Positions 60,291-64,000 of a stretch of 64,000 bases of DNA are shown here, piece by piece; within the stretch, counting starts at the first letter, position 1, and the number at the start of each line of letters is the position of its first letter. The translations under genes and the position numbers were made by a program. Origin of the DNA: Alteromonadaceae bacterium (lineage in GTDB: Bacteria; Pseudomonadota; Gammaproteobacteria; Enterobacterales; Alteromonadaceae); the NCBI GenBank assembly GCA_965279005.1, contig CBDIHK010000024.1, positions 166,562-230,561 of the forward strand, given 5' to 3'. A model generated the notes under the pieces. That model did no database searches and was not told the origin of the DNA. It was given only the letters and a program-made list of their open reading frames with translations.

Positions 60291-63200
60291 CGAGCAGTTC
60301 TGTCACTTTTTGCTTTAATTTCACTTGCACTTTTTGAGTGCCCAATACAGGCAATAACCCATGGCCAAACTGTGGGTCAAAGCCGCGCTTACCCAAGTCT
60401 AAACAATTGTTAAACAAGTCCATCCAAGGTGCAGGGCCCGTTGTTTGGTAGTGTCCTTGGGCATTGGCTGCCAAATAAGCTGCAACAAATGGGGCGGCCA
60501 TGGAAGTACCGGTCTGGGTGCCATAGCTTTGGTTTGGTTGTGCAGTGATCACATCAACCCCATATGCCGCTAGATCGATATGTTGGCCCTGTACAGCGCG
60601 TTTATACAAATTCAAGTCGCTATCCACTGCGGTAACCGCAATGGCGCAATCGTAAGCCGCAGGAAACAGCGGACTCGATAAAGGGCCGGCATTACCTGCT
60701 GCGGCCACCAAGGTAATGCCTTTTTCACACAGCTTGTTTACAGAAAATTTAAGCAGGCGGTTAGCAGGACCGGCGAGGCTCATATTGACCACCTTGACGT
60801 CCTGCTGCAATAACCAATCTAAGCCCTTGATAATGTTTAAGGTTGTGGCAATGCTACCGCCTTGTTTATCGTTAAAAAACACCGAAGCACTATAGAGTTG
60901 GGCATTAGGTAGTAGCCCGCGGTAATCGTTACTATCGGCTACCAGGATTGACGCAACTGCAGTACCGTGTTGGTAGTCTTTTTTATGTTGTCCTTGGATA
61001 AAATGCCGTTGTTTGATCTGTGCAGCTTGCAAAGATTGGTGTTCGGTATCGACAGCGGTATCCACCATACCTAATTTTATACCGTTGCCATTTAGTTGCA
61101 TGACTTGGCCTGGAATGATGCCGCCTTTATCTGCTTTATTTGATTGGGCATAGCGATATATATGGTTGAAGTCAGCGATGCTATTGTCCCGGTTTAACCT
61201 AGTTAAAACTGTTTGGTAGTCCCGTTGCAAGTCAAATGAGGCTGGTGCGACTACTTTTGCCACAATGGCATCTAGTGCTTCCAGGCTCTCTTGCTCTTTG
61301 AATTGATAACCTTCTTTTTCTAATTCGGCTTTAGTCTCTGCATCTGCCATGATCAACCATTCGTTTGTCCATATCTCGTTGCCGTCAAAGTCTTCAAACA
61401 ACTGATCGGTTTCATCAATCACTGCTTGTTCTGGCTGTTCCTGTTCTTGCCAGAAGCGGCTTAATGCTGCTTCCGGTGATGGCTGGTCATTGAATCCGTC
61501 CTTGCGCATTTCGTTAGTCCCATCGAAATCGAAGTCGAAAGCATCATGGCCGTTTGTACCGCCTTCTTCAGTATCTAAATCTTCATCATCTTCGTTCCCG
61601 AACCCTACTTCATGTTCGGAGCCTTCATGGTCATCTTCGTTTTGGTGGTCGAGTTCTTCGTCTTCAAAATTGTCCTCTTCTGCAGCGAATTCATCCTCGC
61701 CTTCGAATTCGCCTTCATCTTCGAATTCGCCCTCGTCTTCGAACTCACCTTCATCTTCGAACTCCCCCTCGTCTTTGAATTCATCCCCCTCTTCGAATTC
61801 ATCCCCCTCTTCGAATTCATCCCCCTCTTCGAATTCATCCCCCTCTTCGAATTCTTCCTCGTCTTCGAATTCATCCTCATGTTCGAATTCATGCTCAGCT
61901 TCGAATTCGTCTTCATCTTCGAATTCATGCTCACCTTCGAATTCGTCTTCTAGTTCTTCGTCGAATATTTCATCTTCTTCAAATTCTTCATCAAAACCAT
62001 CTTCAATTTCATTTTCTAGATCGTCTTCCGTTTCATCTTCCCAATCGTTTTCCAGCTCATCCTCGGTGTCTTCTTCTATCTCCTCTTCGACTTCGTCCTC
62101 GGTGTCTGCTTCGATTTCCTCTTCGACTTCATCCTCGGTGTCTTCTTCGATCTCGTCTTCGACTTCATCCTCGGTGTCTTCTTCTATCTCGTCTTCGACT
62201 TCATCCTCAGTGTCTTCTTCGATTTCCTCTTCGACTTCGTCCTCGGTGTCTTCTTCGATTTCCTCTTCGACCTCATCCTCGGTGTCTTCTTCGATTTCCT
62301 CTTCGACTTCGTCCTCGGTGTCTTCTTCGATTTCCTCTTCGACCTCATCCTCGGTGTCTTCTTCGATTTCCTCTTCGACCTCGTCCTCGGTGTCTTCTTC
62401 TATCTCGTCTTCGACTTCGTCCTCGGTGTCTTCTTCGATTTCGTCTTCGACCTCATCCTCGGTGTCTTCTTCGATTTCGTCTTCGACCTCATCCTCGGTG
62501 TCTTCTTCGATTTCCTCTTCGACTTCGTCCTCGGTGTCTTCTTCGATTTCGTCTTCGACTTCATCCTCGGTGTCTTCTTCGATTTCGTCTTCGACCTCAT
62601 CCTCGGTGTCTTCTTCGATTTCCTCTTCGACTTCGTCCTCGGTGTCTTCTTCGATTTCCTCTTCGACTTCATCCTCGGTGTCTTCTTCTATCTCGTCTTC
62701 GACTTCGTCCTCGGTGTCTTCTTCGATTTCCTCTTCGACTTCATCCTCGGTGTCTTCTTCGATTTCGTCTTCGACCTCATCCTCGGTGTCTTCTTCGATT
62801 TCCTCTTCGACTTCATCCTCGGTGTCTTCTTCGATTTCCTCTTCGAATTCATCCTCGGTGTCTTCTTCGATCTCGTCTTCGACTTCGTCCTCGGTGTCTT
62901 CTTCGATTTCCTCTTCGACCTCGTCCTCGGTGTCTTCTTCGATTTCGTCTTCGACTTCATCCTCGGTATCTTCTTCGATCTCGTCTTCGACCTCGTCTTC
63001 GGTGTCTTCTTCGATCTCGTCTTCGACTTCATCCTCGGTGTCTTCTTCGATTTCGTCTTCGACCTCGTCCTCGGTGTCTTCTTCGATGTCATCCTCTATA
63101 TCATCTTCCCAATCATCTTCAGGATCAGACATAAAAAAACTATTGTTGGAATGGTTGTTGGGTAATAGGGCAAAATCCGATCTGATACGTTGGGCCGTTG

Positions 63201-63303
63201 CCTGATTTGCAATACCGAGTGACGCGCAATAGGCCAATACCAGCAATAACAATGCTGTTGGTTTTAGTTGCTTTATGAAGAGACGCAGATTAATTTTGAT
63301 CAT
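60274..63303 (-). CDS. S8 (subtilisin-like) serine peptidase with a giant polyacidic tandem-repeat region between the signal peptide and the pro/catalytic domains
   Basis: Catalytic triad context MVDTAVD / HGTAVAS / GTSMAAPF. The N-terminus MIKINLRLFIKQLKPTALLLLVLAYCASLG starts at ATG 63303. About 29 copies of EDTEDEVE(D/E)EIE. Confidence 0.9.
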   Translation of the reverse strand: MIKINLRLFIKQLKPTALLLLVLAYCASLGIANQATAQRIRSDFALLPNNHSNNSFFMSDPEDDWEDDIEDDIEEDTEDEVEDEIEEDTEDEVEDEIEEDTEDEVEDEIEEDTEDEVEDEIEEDTEDEVEEEIEEDTEDEVEDEIEEDTEDEFEEEIEEDTEDEVEEEIEEDTEDEVEDEIEEDTEDEVEEEIEEDTEDEVEDEIEEDTEDEVEEEIEEDTEDEVEEEIEEDTEDEVEDEIEEDTEDEVEDEIEEDTEDEVEEEIEEDTEDEVEDEIEEDTEDEVEDEIEEDTEDEVEDEIEEDTEDEVEEEIEEDTEDEVEEEIEEDTEDEVEEEIEEDTEDEVEEEIEEDTEDEVEEEIEEDTEDEVEDEIEEDTEDEVEDEIEEDTEDEVEEEIEADTEDEVEEEIEEDTEDELENDWEDETEDDLENEIEDGFDEEFEEDEIFDEELEDEFEGEHEFEDEDEFEAEHEFEHEDEFEDEEEFEEGDEFEEGDEFEEGDEFEEGDEFKDEGEFEDEGEFEDEGEFEDEGEFEGEDEFAAEEDNFEDEELDHQNEDDHEGSEHEVGFGNEDDEDLDTEEGGTNGHDAFDFDFDGTNEMRKDGFNDQPSPEAALSRFWQEQEQPEQAVIDETDQLFEDFDGNEIWTNEWLIMADAETKAELEKEGYQFKEQESLEALDAIVAKVVAPASFDLQRDYQTVLTRLNRDNSIADFNHIYRYAQSNKADKGGIIPGQVMQLNGNGIKLGMVDTAVDTEHQSLQAAQIKQRHFIQGQHKKDYQHGTAVASILVADSNDYRGLLPNAQLYSASVFFNDKQGGSIATTLNIIKGLDWLLQQDVKVVNMSLAGPANRLLKFSVNKLCEKGITLVAAAGNAGPLSSPLFPAAYDCAIAVTAVDSDLNLYKRAVQGQHIDLAAYGVDVITAQPNQSYGTQTGTSMAAPFVAAYLAANAQGHYQTTGPAPWMDLFNNCLDLGKRGFDPQFGHGLLPVLGTQKVQVKLKQKVTELLAKTRT
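61777..61848 (-). repeat. four tandem 18-bp repeats (encoding GDEFEE), flanked by related GEFEDE repeats
   Basis: gaattcatccccctcttc occurs four times in tandem. Confidence 0.85.
62038..63081 (-). repeat. about 29 tandem 36-bp in-frame repeats inside the S8 peptidase gene
   Basis: The + strand unit is gac(t/c)tc(a/g)tcctcggtgtcttcttc(g/t)at(t/c)tc(c/g)tcttc. I counted 29 EDTEDE units in the translation. Confidence 0.9.
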
Positions 63304-63360
63304 AAACGCACGCAAAAAAGATAGCTGCCTATAATAAGGGCTTGATTAACCATTACCTTA

Positions 63361-63389
63361 TTAACGTTTAAGTATAGTGAACTATTTCA
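63361..63389 (-). promoter_or_regulatory. ECF-type promoter candidate upstream of the S8 peptidase gene
   Basis: The minus strand reads GTGAAATAGTTCACTATACTTAAACGTTA (GAAAT-N17-CGTTA). Confidence 0.45.
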
Positions 63390-63412
63390 CTGATTTAATA
63401 ATTGTAAAAAAG

Positions 63413-63441
63413 GCTGGAATAAGTTTCAGGCTATAACCGTT
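63413..63441 (+). promoter_or_regulatory. ECF-type (autoregulatory) promoter candidate upstream of the ECF sigma gene
   Basis: CTGGAATAAGTTTCAGGCTATAACCGTTA (GGAAT-N17-CGTTA). It ends 20 nt before the ATG. Confidence 0.4.
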
Positions 63442-63460
63442 ACCTTCACAGAGCGACAGG

Positions 63461-63964
63461 ATGCAGATATCGCAAAATGAACTGAAAAAAATACTGGTTA
63501 AGGAAATGCCCCGTCTACGCAGGTTTGCCTATTCATTGACGGGAAGTAAAGCGGATGCGGACGATTTGGTGCAGAACCTGATCCTGAAAATGCTCAATAA
63601 AGGGTTGCCAGATTCGGTACAACCATTGCCCTGGTTGTTCCGTGTTTGCAAAAACCTCTGGTTAGATGAAATTAGAGCACGAGATGTGAGGGTCAGGGCG
63701 GTGCAAGAAAAGAAAATCCCACAAGCAGAACAAGAATCGAAACAAGATTTGCACGAAATCGCCTATTCAGCTGAGCAGGTGATGCAGGTGATGCAATCTT
63801 TACCAGAGGAGCAACGTGTTATTATCAGCCTGGTGCTGGTGGAGGGCTTTAGCTACAGCGAAGCGGCTGATGTGCTGGAGATCCCCAAAGGTACCGTTAT
63901 GAGTCGATTGTCACGGGCGCGGCATAAGTTGCTCGACTTATTAGAGCAAGGTAAACAGAGTTAA
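63461..63964 (+). CDS. ECF-family RNA polymerase sigma-70 factor
   Basis: 167 aa. Region 2 (LRRFAYSLTGSKADADDLVQN, PWLFRVCKNLWLDEIR) and region 4 (GFSYSEAADVLEIPKGTVMSRLSRARHKL). Confidence 0.9.
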   Translation: MQISQNELKKILVKEMPRLRRFAYSLTGSKADADDLVQNLILKMLNKGLPDSVQPLPWLFRVCKNLWLDEIRARDVRVRAVQEKKIPQAEQESKQDLHEIAYSAEQVMQVMQSLPEEQRVIISLVLVEGFSYSEAADVLEIPKGTVMSRLSRARHKLLDLLEQGKQS

Positions 63965-63966
63965 TT

Positions 63967-64000
63967 ATGAAGATCGAAGATCAAGAGTTGTTGTCGCAAT
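63967..64000 (+). CDS. start of a probable anti-sigma factor (truncated by the window end)
   Basis: The ATG lies 2 nt after the sigma factor stop (MKIEDQELLSQ...). The call rests on position only. Confidence 0.35.
   Translation, partial: MKIEDQELLSQ

Noticed and set aside
58263-63081. The possibility that the regular tandem repeats are CRISPR arrays.
   Set aside because: The repeats are contiguous with no unique spacers. They are in-frame multiples of 3 (45 and 36 bp) inside long ORFs, and no cas genes are present.
61490-63205. A 571-aa poly-Ser ORF on the + strand, together with Lys/Thr/Pro/Arg-rich ORFs on the - strand (62400..62672, 62688..63092, 61605..61934) and 61612..61953 on the + strand.
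   Set aside because: These are shadow frames of the GAN-codon repeat array in the S8 peptidase gene. Only the acidic frame connects a signal peptide to a recognisable catalytic domain.

Overview
This is a gammaproteobacterial (Alteromonadales-like) chromosomal window. It is built from conserved housekeeping blocks that match known E. coli neighbourhoods: yjeT-purA; fadBA-pepQ; metJ/metF; yihY-dtd-yiiD; rpoH/ftsYEX/rsmD; sfsA-dksA-gluQ-pcnB-folK-panBC; yadGH; polB. Accessory genes sit at the block junctions: one GGDEF protein, one EAL-HDOD protein, two short EAL-only proteins, an MCP, a MerR/OYE pair and a CadC-like wHTH/beta-propeller regulator. No rRNA, tRNA, CRISPR array, transposase or prophage gene was recognised.

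Four things stand out:
1. The right-hand end (55.1-64.0 kb) holds an ECF sigma/anti-sigma pair, an S8 protease with about 29 copies of a 36-bp acidic repeat, an outer-membrane barrel, and a DUF1800/DUF1501 pair. The DUF1800 protein carries 13 copies of a 45-bp Cys-plus-acidic repeat. A shared ECF-type promoter motif (TGGAATA-N-CGTT, identical spacing) precedes the sigma gene, the protease gene and the DUF1800 gene. I consider this the best candidate for an undescribed envelope system.
2. An 870-bp non-coding tract between the EAL-HDOD gene and ftsX has 370-bp-period direct repeats. GGA outnumbers TCC 29 to 8 on the + strand, and many GGA triplets sit in hairpin loops. This may be a Csr/Rsm-type sRNA locus.
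3. A 332-bp MITE-like element has 32-bp terminal inverted repeats, and solo copies of its terminus abut two stop codons elsewhere in the window.
4. A PLP-dependent PanP-like decarboxylase lies near panBC, and no panD is visible.

All calls come from reading the translations and the sequence by eye. No database search was run.
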